This document shows, one piece after another, positions 38,411 to 48,801 of a DNA stretch of 48,801 nucleotides. Both the position numbers and the translations under genes were made by a program. The notes under the pieces were generated by a model, which was not told the DNA's origin, did not search any database, and saw nothing but the letters and a program-made list of their open reading frames with translations. Source of the stretch: Desulfurococcaceae archaeon. Its GTDB lineage: Archaea > Thermoproteota > Thermoprotei_A > Sulfolobales > Desulfurococcaceae. Location of the stretch: contig JAWAJB010000006.1 of the NCBI GenBank assembly GCA_038888155.1, positions 1 through 48,801 of the forward strand. The letters are read 5' to 3'. The stretch's first letter is position 1. Each line of letters starts with the position of its first letter.

Positions 38411-40318
38411 ATGTTTGCCTCTAAATTGAAGGCGCTATTTGTTGCATCTCTGTTAATACTCTCTATAGCCTCACCGCTAACCAGTGGGCTTTTTCAGTAC
38501 TCAATGGTGGCCTCGCTAACCGTTCGAGCTCCTGCTGTATCTAGTAGCGGACAGGGTATTCTCTCAAACATAACTCTCGCTGTAGCTTACCCAGGAGGGG
38601 GGAGAGTTTTCTTCTCAGCCCTACCATACACGGAAATAGAGACTCAAGGAGCAGCTAGGGTTGCTGCATATGTGGCAACAACACTATTAGGGTTGGACTT
38701 TTCAAGCTATGACTATTACGTGCTAGTAGAGTCTGGCGCACCTCTCATTGGAGGACCAAGCTCAGGGGCGCTCATGGCTGTTGGGTTCCTAGCCCTTCTC
38801 TCGAACTCAACAATAACAGAAACGACAACTATGACGGGCATGATAAACCCCGATGGTAGCGTTGGTCCTGTTGGCGGTCTCAAGGAAAAGCTAGACGCAG
38901 CAGCCAATAGCGGATTTAAAGTTTTCCTAATACCGAGCGGACAAAGAGTGTACCGGTATCCTAAATACGAAGAGGTTAGAGTAGGTCCTCTAATCACTGT
39001 TACTAGGATCACCTATGAGAGCATTGACTTATTAGAATATGGCAGGAAGCTTAATGTGAGCGTTGTAGAGGTAAATAACATTGCCGAGGCTTTATATTAC
39101 TTTACAGAAGTTAACATCACGCGTACAAGACCCCTAGACAGTGGCCCTAGTAGCTTACCTGTGAACATAGGAGTATATTTCTCAAATCTTTCTCGGAGGG
39201 TAAGCACAATTTTAATGGGGCTTACGGGACTAGCCCAGAGAATCGGGGGCTACTACGGCTACAGGTATTTAAAAATCGCTGAAGAGCTGAACAGTACGTA
39301 CAACAACTTAGTGAGCGCCGAGCCCCTATACCCTATATACTCTACCCTATCAATGTTGAAGGTATACGAGAATGCGCTTAAAGCGTACTGGTCTCTTCAG
39401 CTGATTACTAACCAGGCCTCTTTAGGCTCTGTTATCAGTGATTTAAATTCAACTTTAGTGTCAACTATCAATGAAGCGTACTCCGAGGAGTGCAGTATTG
39501 AGAGTAGCCTGATACAGGCTCTAATTATTAATGCATGGTTGCATTACAATGGAGTTCAGAGCTCGGGGGACAGCTCTGAAAAAATATCCGGTGCCGCCAC
39601 CGTAGCGAGGCTCGTTGAGACAGTGAAAATGTTCCGCTCCTTGATTGGCAACAGCCGCGTTACTATCGAGTGTGCCCCAAGGACTTACACAAATGTGTAC
39701 TCTCACGCACTGGGAATATACACGTATGCGTCTAGGCTACTTGAGGAGGCGGGCACGAATGCGGATGCCCTAAAAATTGCAGCGGAGTACGTTAACGTGC
39801 TGAATTACGCCTACGAGAACAATAGCACAGCAATTATAGGTGCTTCGATCTACGTTATAGGATACTCCATCTCAGCTGTCCACTCAGCCTTTAACTCATT
39901 TAATAGTGTTTTAAACAACAAGCAGAGCTTAATGAGCTTATACCCTGTTGTAGAGGGTGGAGTAATTCATGCTATCTACTTAGAGTTGCTAAGAGAGGCA
40001 GAAATGCTAGGAGATATAGACACTTCTATTACAGCATATTCTTTTATCGTAGCGCTCTTACAAGTGTATTCCTCTACATGTAGGCAAAATGGTAGCTACA
40101 ATAAGGCGGGCCCAGATGGTTGTAACCACAATACGCAGGGGATCGGGCAAGCTGAGAACTCAACAAGCAAGAATAGTAGCGTTGAAACGCCACAAGCGTC
40201 TGCCAGCAATTTACAGGGTGAAGTCGCTATGGCTTTAACGGCTTTTGTTGTATTAATAGCAATGATATTAGCTGTAGTGGGATATCAGAGGCTATATCGG
40301 TGTGCTCTACACTTGTAA
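38411..40318 (+). CDS. Archaeal membrane-anchored Lon-like (S16) serine protease
   Basis: Signal peptide, IGGPSSG (Ser), MTGMINPDGSVGPVGGLKEK (Lys), C-terminal TM. Start set at 38411 behind GGAGGT. Confidence 0.88.
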   Translation: MFASKLKALFVASLLILSIASPLTSGLFQYSMVASLTVRAPAVSSSGQGILSNITLAVAYPGGGRVFFSALPYTEIETQGAARVAAYVATTLLGLDFSSYDYYVLVESGAPLIGGPSSGALMAVGFLALLSNSTITETTTMTGMINPDGSVGPVGGLKEKLDAAANSGFKVFLIPSGQRVYRYPKYEEVRVGPLITVTRITYESIDLLEYGRKLNVSVVEVNNIAEALYYFTEVNITRTRPLDSGPSSLPVNIGVYFSNLSRRVSTILMGLTGLAQRIGGYYGYRYLKIAEELNSTYNNLVSAEPLYPIYSTLSMLKVYENALKAYWSLQLITNQASLGSVISDLNSTLVSTINEAYSEECSIESSLIQALIINAWLHYNGVQSSGDSSEKISGAATVARLVETVKMFRSLIGNSRVTIECAPRTYTNVYSHALGIYTYASRLLEEAGTNADALKIAAEYVNVLNYAYENNSTAIIGASIYVIGYSISAVHSAFNSFNSVLNNKQSLMSLYPVVEGGVIHAIYLELLREAEMLGDIDTSITAYSFIVALLQVYSSTCRQNGSYNKAGPDGCNHNTQGIGQAENSTSKNSSVETPQASASNLQGEVAMALTAFVVLIAMILAVVGYQRLYRCALHL

Positions 40319-40397
40319 TTTGCCTGAATGGAGCTTGCAGTGAACTACAGGCTTAAAAGCCCAGATAAATATGGAAAAAAATAGGTGTTGAATTGCA

Positions 40398-41528
40398 ATG
40401 TGGTGGCTATTTTACGATCCACTTACTTTATTCTCGCTAATACTAGTGTACGTAGTAGGTTTCGCTGTGCTAATGTTTGCCGCAGGATACTTAGCGCCAA
40501 GGGTTGCAAGGAAAGTTGCTAGCAGGTTTACTCTTCAAGCATCCATGCTAATAATAGGCTTGTCTGTAGTTCTGTCGGGGCTAGCTGGGATAGGTCTGAT
40601 AGCCAACATATTGGCGGGTTTCTTTGAGGCAGAGATAACAACAGGGGTAATTGTATCAGTCATCACTCTCATAGTGTTGCTCAATGCTATATCCTACTTC
40701 TTATCGCCCTTGACGATTAACCTGATGTACGGAGCTAAATCCAATCCCGAGCTGCAGAAGATGGTAAACGAAGTTGCCGCAACACTAAATCTCGCTAAGC
40801 CACCTAAGGCAGTTATTGTAAGGGGCCCCCCTAATGCATTTGCATACGGCAATTTCTTATTTGGTAAATACGTTGCAGTATCAAGTAGCCTTGCAAGTAT
40901 TACACCACAGGAGGAATTGAAAGCAATAATAGGCCACGAGTTAGGGCACCACAAACACAGAGATAACGCTATAATGCTATTTATGGGGATTATACCGAGC
41001 GTCCTGTACTTCATGGGAATATTTCTTGTCAGGGCGGGCATGATAACAGGTTACGCTAGGTCGTACTACAGCGGATCAAGTAATAGGAGAGGGGGCGGGT
41101 TGCCGCTGTTGTTGGCTGGCCTAGTTGCAGTTAGCATTAGCTTTATAGTGCAGGTGCTAGTGCTGGCTTTCAGTAGACTTAGGGAATACTACGCAGACTC
41201 GGCAGGGGCATATTCAGCAGGTCCCGTTCCCATGCAGAGAGCTTTAGCGAGAATACACCTGTACTACTCATCAGTTAGCTCAGCCAAGGAGATAGTCTCG
41301 GGGAGCAAACTTAGAACACTGTTTATATACGCCATTACTGAAGCGCTGGCTAATCCGTTCTATCACTACACTCCACCTACAAGAGACTTGAGGAACGTTG
41401 ATATAGATAGAGTCGTAGAACAACTTAAGAGAACAAGCGCCGAAGAAGTATCTGAGTTCTTCTCGACTCACCCGCCAATACCAAAGCGACTTCGATTCTT
41501 AGACACCGTTGTGTTGTATCGGAGCTAA
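40398..41528 (+). CDS. htpX: HtpX-family M48 zinc metalloprotease
   Basis: PNAFAYG, GHELGH, FSRLREYYAD, FSTHPP. Confidence 0.92.
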   Translation: MWWLFYDPLTLFSLILVYVVGFAVLMFAAGYLAPRVARKVASRFTLQASMLIIGLSVVLSGLAGIGLIANILAGFFEAEITTGVIVSVITLIVLLNAISYFLSPLTINLMYGAKSNPELQKMVNEVAATLNLAKPPKAVIVRGPPNAFAYGNFLFGKYVAVSSSLASITPQEELKAIIGHELGHHKHRDNAIMLFMGIIPSVLYFMGIFLVRAGMITGYARSYYSGSSNRRGGGLPLLLAGLVAVSISFIVQVLVLAFSRLREYYADSAGAYSAGPVPMQRALARIHLYYSSVSSAKEIVSGSKLRTLFIYAITEALANPFYHYTPPTRDLRNVDIDRVVEQLKRTSAEEVSEFFSTHPPIPKRLRFLDTVVLYRS

Positions 41529-41647
41529 GTAAAAGCTATCTCGCGTTTTTGATGCTTTGCTTTAATACCAGGCTTGGTGCCATTTTATGGTAGTTTTTGG
41601 CTTAAGCCTGCCCATTATCAAATAAAATTCTCTGAAGATCAAGGTTA

Positions 41648-42553
41648 TTATACGTGGTTCAGGTATAAATCCCAGTCTAATTTTAACTTGTGCTGGGAGA
41701 TCTTGTCAATGAGCTTTGCTAGGTCTCTCTTTAGTTTGTCAGCAACGTCCTGGCAGGGGTAGGAGCACAGAAGCTTTACCTTCCCTCCATCGATATCCTC
41801 AATATCTATCACTACAGCTCGTGAGTCCTCTCTATAGTCTAGTAAATGCGCTAAATAGGATAGCTCGCCGCCACTGCTTTCTCCCGCCTTAAAACCTATT
41901 TTTCTCCTGAGGACCTCAGAAATTTCTTTTTTGTGCGAGTGTACCATTGAGATTAGCAGCTCCTTTTCCAGGTCAATGTGCTTCAAGTTAAATCCGCGAT
42001 GTAACTCAATCGTGAACTGAATAACCTTGGATAAGTGCCTATAAGCGCAACTATCGAGTTCGACAAGGTCTTCAATGGCCTCTATGAATCCCGTTAGATT
42101 ATTCCTATCGACCGCTCTCAGGAAGACACCATAATCTTCGAGGACTTGAACCTGCCACTTGTTCTCAACCGATCCTGGGATCCTTTCCCTAACGTGGCTA
42201 AGGGCACTTTGGACGCTCATCCCCTTGAAAACCAAGTAGCTAGCTGTAATTAAGCCGCTCCTGCCCAATCCACCGTAGCAGTGAACTAGCACCTTTCCTC
42301 CCATCTCTAATTGCCTCTCAATGAATGCACTGGCCCTAAGAATATCGAGTAGATCGACAGGAAAACGGTCATGTGTGGGAATGTGCAACAGATCAACACC
42401 TAAACTCTTAAGGTAATCAAGGTAAATGGGACCCACTTCATTAGCTGTGGGCAGTACCACAACTCCGGTGAACACCTTAGCAATGCTATTTAACATGGAA
42501 ACGGCTGGCAGAGGCGATTGGGCGAGTTTGTCCTCAATAATCCAAGTGTACAT
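41648..42553 (-). CDS. Dual-specificity/tyrosine phosphatase with extra C-terminal domain
   Basis: VLVHCYGGLGRSG P-loop, PGSVENKWQ. Confidence 0.88.
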   Translation of the reverse strand: MYTWIIEDKLAQSPLPAVSMLNSIAKVFTGVVVLPTANEVGPIYLDYLKSLGVDLLHIPTHDRFPVDLLDILRASAFIERQLEMGGKVLVHCYGGLGRSGLITASYLVFKGMSVQSALSHVRERIPGSVENKWQVQVLEDYGVFLRAVDRNNLTGFIEAIEDLVELDSCAYRHLSKVIQFTIELHRGFNLKHIDLEKELLISMVHSHKKEISEVLRRKIGFKAGESSGGELSYLAHLLDYREDSRAVVIDIEDIDGGKVKLLCSYPCQDVADKLKRDLAKLIDKISQHKLKLDWDLYLNHV

Positions 42554-42575
42554 ACAAATTTACCACTAACAAAAT

Positions 42576-43079
42576 TTAAGAAAGGGCTATTATTCTCCCT
42601 CCCCCTCGCCTCTTAACGGCTTTTAGCGCCCTTATGGCTCTGGCCCTTCCTGGAGTGCCATAGTATGCTTCTCTTCTGTTCTTAGCTGGTTTGGCTGTAA
42701 CAAAGTCCTTTACTACAGCTATAGATATTGATGCTCTATACTTTTCTATGGTAGTCTTTATATTGTTTAGATCTCCCAAAATGGACTCCAGTTCCTCGTG
42801 ACCATATGGAATTTCGATTACGGCCTCTTCCGTGCCCCTCTCCGGGCTTAAGCCGTAAATTACAACTCCGCGATATTTCCAAGCAAATTTCTCAACTAAC
42901 GCTGTAAGCTCTCCACTAACAGTGTTAGGCCTGTATGGATCAAGCCCGAGAGATTGAATATAGTCTCCAAACTTGTCAATGTCAAGAACAACTATTATCC
43001 CAGGCACAATGGGCAAATCAGATTGAGCTAAGCGCTCTTCATTCCTTTTCATGGTCTTAGAGGCTGCCCGCCTCATCAC
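42576..43079 (-). CDS. Stand-alone GGDEF/nucleotidyl-cyclase-like protein
   Basis: VVLDIDKF...RGTEEAVI...SISIAV...ALKAVKRRGGGRI mirrors the GGDEF consensus layout. Confidence 0.6.
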   Translation of the reverse strand: MMRRAASKTMKRNEERLAQSDLPIVPGIIVVLDIDKFGDYIQSLGLDPYRPNTVSGELTALVEKFAWKYRGVVIYGLSPERGTEEAVIEIPYGHEELESILGDLNNIKTTIEKYRASISIAVVKDFVTAKPAKNRREAYYGTPGRARAIRALKAVKRRGGGRIIALS

Positions 43080-43138
43080 TATATATGTGATACTAAAAAT
43101 GGGATAATATATGTATAGTGCCTAGAAGCAACAATCAG

Positions 43139-43726
43139 CTAGAACTCCTCTACTTCTTCCCTAGACCCCACAATACACCCTGTATCCCAAAGCTTTCCTG
43201 CTATTTGCTTAACGGCTCTCTCTACTTCGGCCTCTTCTTTGGCCCCAGTAATGACCATCTTACCGCTACTAAAGATCAAGAGAACTACCCGAGGATCTCT
43301 CATCCTGTGTATTAGGCCGGGGAATTGTTCGGGCTCATACATGCAGTCCTCTAAGTAGTAGGCTGCTTTCTCGAGGTTTACATACGAGTTGAGGTCTCCT
43401 CCAGCTACAATATTTTGGACTTGAACTCTAGGCTTTCCACGTACCCTTATCCCGTACCTATCAAGGGTTCTTATTATTCTCTTAACAGCCTCAACTAATT
43501 GAGTAATGCTCTTAGTTCCCGTCACAACCATCTTACCTGACCTGAAGATAAGCGCGGTTGCCCTTGGTCTCTCTAGCCTAAAAATAACGCCGGGGAACTG
43601 CTCTGGTTTGTAAACCAAATTGGGGAGCTCTGTTTCAAGGAGATCTATATCTAGTTCATGCTCTAGTATTACAGTCGCCACGATATTCTCTATCCTATAA
43701 CTCCACTTTGGTATTGGTACTCCCAA
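43139..43726 (-). CDS. tbp: TATA-box-binding protein
   Basis: Two repeats IENIVA/VQNIVA, Y(K/E)PEQFPG, LIF(R/S)SGKMV(V/I)TG; acidic tail. Confidence 0.98.
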   Translation of the reverse strand: MGVPIPKWSYRIENIVATVILEHELDIDLLETELPNLVYKPEQFPGVIFRLERPRATALIFRSGKMVVTGTKSITQLVEAVKRIIRTLDRYGIRVRGKPRVQVQNIVAGGDLNSYVNLEKAAYYLEDCMYEPEQFPGLIHRMRDPRVVLLIFSSGKMVITGAKEEAEVERAVKQIAGKLWDTGCIVGSREEVEEF

Positions 43727-43811
43727 CGGGTAAACCCCTCTTTAAAAAACAAATCACACAATATCCGTATTTTGAAGGAAGGGGTTTATAAGGGGCATTT
43801 ACGTTTAGGGG

Positions 43812-45473
43812 CTAAATCAGTAGCGAAAGGACAATAGGAGTAGCAAACACGTAGGTGAGTAGCAATACAACTGTTTCTCTAATGCTTCTCTTTAAAAGGG
43901 ACTCTAGCTCAATAGCAGTTCTTCCCATTAGCTTTAAATCCATTCGAGAGGCGTAGAGCCAAGCCCCTCTGTGTGGTTGAGCTTTAGTCACTTCTTGGGA
44001 TGCTCTCCTCACGGCCTCGAGAAGCTCTGGAGAGTCGTGAACTGGTATATAAGCAATGTAAGACCTAGTGCCTGTCTCGCTGTGCTCATCATTAGTTATT
44101 ACCTCAATGAGTTTTGTGCCCAAGTGGCTAGCTTCCCTTATAATTAAGTCCCTTACCCCTGGCTTCATGTTATTTCCTCTCAAGTACACCAGGCAAGCTT
44201 CCTCTCGCTCGAGGCCGCCCAAACATAAAACGCAGAGCTCGTCGCCAATTAAACCAAGAGACTTGGTCTTTATGCACTTGTACTTAGAATTAACCTCGAC
44301 TGGAGCTCTATGCCTTAACCTCTCTATTTCCAAGAGGGATCTATCGAGAAGCGGTCTCAGCGTTGTAATGTCAAGTTTGTCTTCTAGCTCCCAGTTGTGA
44401 GAGTCGACTATAACAGTATCTCCAAGTCCTCTGCTTTTGGCCTTAAGCTCATACTCGACTTGAAGGATATATGGTAGGTCATCTATTCCCCTGCCAGGTC
44501 TCGAAACGAAGAGCAACGAGAACTTATCGAACACTACTCCTAGAGCTCTCCACTCGTTGTCCTCGCTAATAAAAGATCCATGGTATAGCAGAGGTACTCT
44601 CTCCGAGTTCAAATAGATTTTCACGAGTGCGTCAATATACGTTTCCATGTGCTTTGACGAGGCTATATTTCTATCGTGAGATCCGAGGCCATGAAGCGAA
44701 ATGACGTCATTGAAGCCAATTTTCCTGAAGACGTCTAAAAGTGCCTTAGGTAATCTACTGCTCCCGATGTTCGAGAAGGGACCGTAATGCACATCGGTGT
44801 AGACAACTGCCAACTTCCCGAGTTCGACCATCCTTGGATTTACATATTGATGCTCTCCTAAGTCGTCAAATACCTCCTCAATTTCTGTTCTCCTATCTAA
44901 CCAGTTTCTGAGGAAAAGCGTGCCAATAGCTGGAAAGCTGTGCTGGTTAATCTTACGTCGAGACATAAAGGCGATGATAAGTATTTCGAGCGCCAGTACA
45001 ACCGAGACAATCGCAGCCCCCAATAGCAGTTTATCTAAATCAATGTACCCTGTTACGTGGGAAACATAAATTGTAGTTAGTGAAGGTATAGAGGCTAAAA
45101 TGAGCCTAGATATGTTGGCCCCGTCGAGCCCGAGAAGTACAACAGCGATTAAGGTCGAAGTTGATGAGATTGCCACTAGGGCCTTCCTCGTAATAGCAGT
45201 GAATATTGCTGAGTAAATTAAAACAGTCAGTGCAATTCCAATTGATCTCTTAACTTTATAGAAAACGCTCTTCGTGTATAACTTTGCGTAAATGCTTATA
45301 ACAGCGAAGACTAGCGAAGAGTTAATTAAAAGCGGGAAAGATTGATCACCCATGGAAATTATTAAAGAGAGGCCTATGACTATAAACATTGTAGCTAAGT
45401 ACTGCCACCTAGGGAGGGAAAATAACATAGCATAATACTTGCTTACAACTGACCTAGGCCTGTAGACTTTCAA
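43812..45473 (-). CDS. DUF2070-family membrane protein
   Basis: N-terminal TM block, VHYGPF..IGSS, H...SHDRN, VDSHN, GNNM, TND.H. Confidence 0.85.
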   Translation of the reverse strand: MKVYRPRSVVSKYYAMLFSLPRWQYLATMFIVIGLSLIISMGDQSFPLLINSSLVFAVISIYAKLYTKSVFYKVKRSIGIALTVLIYSAIFTAITRKALVAISSTSTLIAVVLLGLDGANISRLILASIPSLTTIYVSHVTGYIDLDKLLLGAAIVSVVLALEILIIAFMSRRKINQHSFPAIGTLFLRNWLDRRTEIEEVFDDLGEHQYVNPRMVELGKLAVVYTDVHYGPFSNIGSSRLPKALLDVFRKIGFNDVISLHGLGSHDRNIASSKHMETYIDALVKIYLNSERVPLLYHGSFISEDNEWRALGVVFDKFSLLFVSRPGRGIDDLPYILQVEYELKAKSRGLGDTVIVDSHNWELEDKLDITTLRPLLDRSLLEIERLRHRAPVEVNSKYKCIKTKSLGLIGDELCVLCLGGLEREEACLVYLRGNNMKPGVRDLIIREASHLGTKLIEVITNDEHSETGTRSYIAYIPVHDSPELLEAVRRASQEVTKAQPHRGAWLYASRMDLKLMGRTAIELESLLKRSIRETVVLLLTYVFATPIVLSLLI

Positions 45474-45511
45474 TTTATTTCACCACTTAGTTAGCTTCAT
45501 GTGCAATCGCC

Positions 45512-46288
45512 CTACGTTAAGTCTCCACAAGTGCAAAACGCCTCATGCAATAGTGCGTGTAAATATTTCATATCTTCAAGCTCCTTAGCTGAAACCAAAA
45601 CAGCCCTAAAGGGGCCTCTAGTTTTCAAAGCAATATTCACGAGCTCGGGGACAATGTCGTGTGCTAGCCCCTCCTCTTCAACTTCTTTTAGGAGTCCTAG
45701 GGGGTTCTCTACAAGCAACTTAGCTATTTTAAGGTTAGCTGCAATATCCCTCTTATTTATAACAGGGACAGTGGTTAGGCCCGTCTTTAATTGCAGTAGA
45801 ATGTATAGGAGCCACAAAAATACAGCGTCAGAGACTTTTACTAGTGATGATGCATCAACTATATAGACCACAACAGTGTTAGCTAATTTGCCGAGTTCCC
45901 GGAAAAATACGCTACTGACTGGCCTGAATAAAAAGGCTTCCATTTGACCGGGAGTGTCTACGAGGATTATATCCCATTCACTAAGCCTGGAAAAGGGAGG
46001 GCTGGATAAAATCTCGTTAATATTCTCCAGCAAGAGGTCTGAGGCCTTTATAAATGCTCCATTCGGGCCTAAGTTATACCTTTCCATAATGTTACTGAGA
46101 GTGAAAATGTTCCTAATGTCAAAAACTGGGCTGTAATTAAGTATTTCGGCGCCTGGATCTAAATTGACAACTCCGACTTTAAGGAACAAGTTTGCCTTTA
46201 TCCAATCTGAGTACCCCTTGACTAAGCTGGTTTTACCTGAGCCAGCCGGGCCCGTGAATATGGCGATTACTGCTGGCAACTCGTGCAC
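45512..46288 (-). CDS. GPN-loop GTPase
   Basis: GPAGSGKT, NLDPG, LGPNG, DTPGQME, NKRD, C-terminal CTCGDLT. Confidence 0.93.
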   Translation of the reverse strand: MHELPAVIAIFTGPAGSGKTSLVKGYSDWIKANLFLKVGVVNLDPGAEILNYSPVFDIRNIFTLSNIMERYNLGPNGAFIKASDLLLENINEILSSPPFSRLSEWDIILVDTPGQMEAFLFRPVSSVFFRELGKLANTVVVYIVDASSLVKVSDAVFLWLLYILLQLKTGLTTVPVINKRDIAANLKIAKLLVENPLGLLKEVEEEGLAHDIVPELVNIALKTRGPFRAVLVSAKELEDMKYLHALLHEAFCTCGDLT

Positions 46289-46394
46289 CCTTTAAAGCTT
46301 AAAGTTAATATATGCACCTCTGCTCTTTTCCACGATTTAAATGAATAACCAGCTAATATAGTCTAGGAGCGTAAATGGAATAAAAGTTAATATA

Positions 46395-48227
46395 CTAGGC
46401 TTCACCCATCAATTGCTCAGGTGTTTCACGCGAAAACTTCCTCAGTTGCCTCTTATACATCTCAATGAGTTCTTGGGTAGTTGTTGCATCCTCGGGGCCC
46501 TTATCGGATCTCCATCTTATAAACCTCGGAAACCTAATAGAGATACCAGTCTCTGCCTCTATTGCCCCCATACCACACGTGTGTATAGGCGATAGGGTTA
46601 ACTCAGCTCCAATAACTTCAGCCACTAGGGCAGGGTCAACCCAAACGTCAGGATCTACTTGAGCTACAACTCTAGGGTGTTTCCTTGCCCTTATATAGGG
46701 CTTGAGCATGTCCGGGAGCTTCTCAAGGTCTTCGTCCTTGAACCCTGTGCCTAGCTTGCACACGGTCTCGAAAACGTCTTTCTCTGCATTATAGGCTGCC
46801 ATTAGCAGAGCACCAAACCTGCCCCCGCGCCTCCCCTTGCCGTAGAATGCACCTACTACCACTAGGTCAACGGTATCTACCATTTCGCTTCTGTAATCTC
46901 TCTTATACTTGACCCATAACCAGCCTCTAGCGCCTGCCTGGTAGATTGCATCTTTGTGTATAGCTTTAACCATAACTCCCTCGGCTCCCTCACTTATGGC
47001 CTTATGAAAGAACCTATCAAGTTCTGCTGGCGAGTCAACTTTAATATACTCTGCAATCATGACGTCCTCGGACGCCCTAACCACCTTTTCAAGGACGCTA
47101 CGCCTTTCAGTAAGCGGTCTGACTGTGTAGTCTTCTCCATCGAGATACAAGAGGTCAAACAAGAAGATTTTTACTGGGTACTCCTTTATAGCTACGTGCA
47201 CATCATATTTTCTCCTCCTGTGCATTAAATCCTGAAATGGCTTAAGCTCTCCCGTGTCGGGGTCGTAGGCCACGATCTCTCCCTCAACGATCGCGCTGTT
47301 GACCTCCAAGCTCCCAGCTACTTTTTGAACGACATCAGGGTATTGGTGAGTTATGTTCTCAAGCCTTCTCGAGAAAATAGTGACTTTTCCGCCCTTCAAG
47401 TGGATTTGCGCTCTCTCCCCATCGTACTTGTACTCAACGAAAGCTTCATTCCCTAACTTTGAAAGTATTTCAGCTGGATCGCTGAGTCGCTCTGCTAGCA
47501 TGGGCCTTATTGGGACTCCTACCTCTGGTTTAATAACCTTAATGGCCTCTAAGCCCTGACTTGCAAGTATCTTTGATACCTCCCCTAGATCTGCCCTTAG
47601 GTTGTAGGCTCTCTCTATAATTGGCCTTGCGGAAATGCCCCCACCATACGTGTGGGCAAGTGCGTCCATTATTGTAGCATCTCCAATGCCAACCCTTAGC
47701 TTGCCCTCTATAAATCTGACAATGAACTTTGCTTCCTTCGGCGATGCGTCTTTAATTAAGCCGGCAGTTAGCCTTATCTTTAGGTCCTTGCTCCCCTCGC
47801 CTTGTGCAACTGCTATTTTTACAAGCGTGTTATAAGTGTTTAGAACTGTTAACTCTGCTGGAGCCTTCTGCGAAAAAGAAAATAGAGATAGCCCTGCTTG
47901 CTTAGATTGGCCTGTTCTCAGCTTCAGTTGCTCCGCTGCTTTACCTAAGTCGCCTGTATTTCTAGCTAAAAGCTCTACCTCTTTTTCGCTAGCGCTACAC
48001 GCTACTGCGATAGCCTTTACGAGCATTTTCTCCCCAACGCCGAGTTCTGGATTGCCTTTCCAATCAGGCCACAAAACTCCTTGAACCAAGTAAACCACTT
48101 TATCTACTATATCTGTAGGTGTGTCTTTGAATAAACTCACTAATAGCGACACCATTTGGGTCCTCGCAGTTATTTGCTCTAACCTGTCAAAAGTCTCTGC
48201 GAGGAACCGTAGAGGCATGTCAACCAT
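46395..48227 (-). CDS. lig: ATP-dependent DNA ligase
   Basis: [40 protein letters not shown] motifs. Confidence 0.98.
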   Translation of the reverse strand: MVDMPLRFLAETFDRLEQITARTQMVSLLVSLFKDTPTDIVDKVVYLVQGVLWPDWKGNPELGVGEKMLVKAIAVACSASEKEVELLARNTGDLGKAAEQLKLRTGQSKQAGLSLFSFSQKAPAELTVLNTYNTLVKIAVAQGEGSKDLKIRLTAGLIKDASPKEAKFIVRFIEGKLRVGIGDATIMDALAHTYGGGISARPIIERAYNLRADLGEVSKILASQGLEAIKVIKPEVGVPIRPMLAERLSDPAEILSKLGNEAFVEYKYDGERAQIHLKGGKVTIFSRRLENITHQYPDVVQKVAGSLEVNSAIVEGEIVAYDPDTGELKPFQDLMHRRRKYDVHVAIKEYPVKIFLFDLLYLDGEDYTVRPLTERRSVLEKVVRASEDVMIAEYIKVDSPAELDRFFHKAISEGAEGVMVKAIHKDAIYQAGARGWLWVKYKRDYRSEMVDTVDLVVVGAFYGKGRRGGRFGALLMAAYNAEKDVFETVCKLGTGFKDEDLEKLPDMLKPYIRARKHPRVVAQVDPDVWVDPALVAEVIGAELTLSPIHTCGMGAIEAETGISIRFPRFIRWRSDKGPEDATTTQELIEMYKRQLRKFSRETPEQLMGEA

Positions 48228-48326
48228 GCTAACCTAACCCAATTGACTTATAAGGTTATTTATTCCTTATTAACAAGGAGTCTGCTCTAAGTGGAAGTTA
48301 AAAGGGTTTAATCCCTTTTTCATTAG

Positions 48327-48379
48327 AGGTGATGATAACCGGCAAGAAAGAGAGGTGATTGATCAGAGTTATACTGAGG
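48327..48379 (+). ncRNA. Box C/D guide sRNA
   Basis: GTGATGA (48329)-TAACCGGCAAGA-AAGA-GAG-GTGATTGA-TCAGAGTTATA-CTGA (48377); TATA-like TTTAAT at 48307; C'/D' boxes degenerate. Confidence 0.75.
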
Positions 48380-48801
48380 TGTGATGCACTGATAGTATGC
48401 CCCTCTCTTCTCCTAATAGCTCTTGTGCTCGGAGCTTGTATTTCGCCTTTGAGCATGCATCCCTCCAGTGTTCTAACTTGTGATGCCCCTTTACTCGCAA
48501 TTGATAACAGCGGAAAAGGCATCGTAGTGGATTTAAGAGTAACGCTAATTAGCCCAGGTCAGGGCTCCGTTGAAGCTATGGGCGGAGCTGACAGAGATGC
48601 TGTGAGCTCGTTTAAGCTTGCCCTCATATACGCATCTGTTATGACTGGCGTGAACTACAAGTGCTGTAATTATTTGATCTACTCTCCCATAGAGGTTAAG
48701 GGGTTGAGCGGCACGCTATTTTTTTACATATTGCTATTAAATATGCTCAAGCACAGGACCTGCCTGCTCAACATAACATCGACTGGTATTATAGGTCCAG
48801 G
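48359..48801 (+). CDS. Second Lon-like (S16) archaeal protease, 3'-truncated by the window edge
   Basis: Not on the ORF track. Open frame from TTG 48359 reads ...APLLAIDNSGKGIVVDLRVTLISPGQG...EVKGLSG...TSTGIIGPG, parallel to the 38411 protein. Start uncertain. Confidence 0.7.
   Translation, partial: MIRVILRCDALIVCPSLLLIALVLGACISPLSMHPSSVLTCDAPLLAIDNSGKGIVVDLRVTLISPGQGSVEAMGGADRDAVSSFKLALIYASVMTGVNYKCCNYLIYSPIEVKGLSGTLFFYILLLNMLKHRTCLLNITSTGIIGP

Noticed and set aside
268-48522. Many short antisense or nested ORFs on the ORF track
   Set aside because: Shadows of well-supported genes on the opposite strand or in another frame.
1-48801. CRISPR array or cas genes
   Set aside because: No regularly spaced repeat-spacer units and no Cas motifs seen.

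Overview
Archaeal chromosomal window, most likely Thermoproteota (Desulfurococcaceae-like, inferred from TBP, ATP-dependent ligase, PBP2, class II LysRS, GGTGA ribosome-binding sites and box C/D sRNAs). The left edge holds the 3' part of a prokaryotic Argonaute with an intact DEDD tetrad. It is followed by a tRNA-Arg(CCG) 3' fragment that looks like the right attachment site of an integrated element, then a vapBC pair. About 1.8-24.8 kb is a patchy accessory zone: subtilase, two SdrD-B/CnaB-type secreted proteins, SSS symporter with orphan hisD, MBL hydrolase, ZIP, class V aminotransferase, ECF transporter and a frameshifted TauE. Next come an MFS gene and a three-gene oxalate-oxidoreductase-like (YPIRP) OFOR. 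The remainder is a dense core region: nre, SPL-like radical SAM, lysS, Fe-S glycosylase-like gene, PBP2, tRNA-Lys(CTT), phosphoesterase, Lon-like proteases, htpX, DSP phosphatase, a GGDEF-like protein, tbp, DUF2070, GPN GTPase and lig, plus two box C/D sRNAs not on the ORF track. All calls come from motif reading and recalled family knowledge; no database searches were run.
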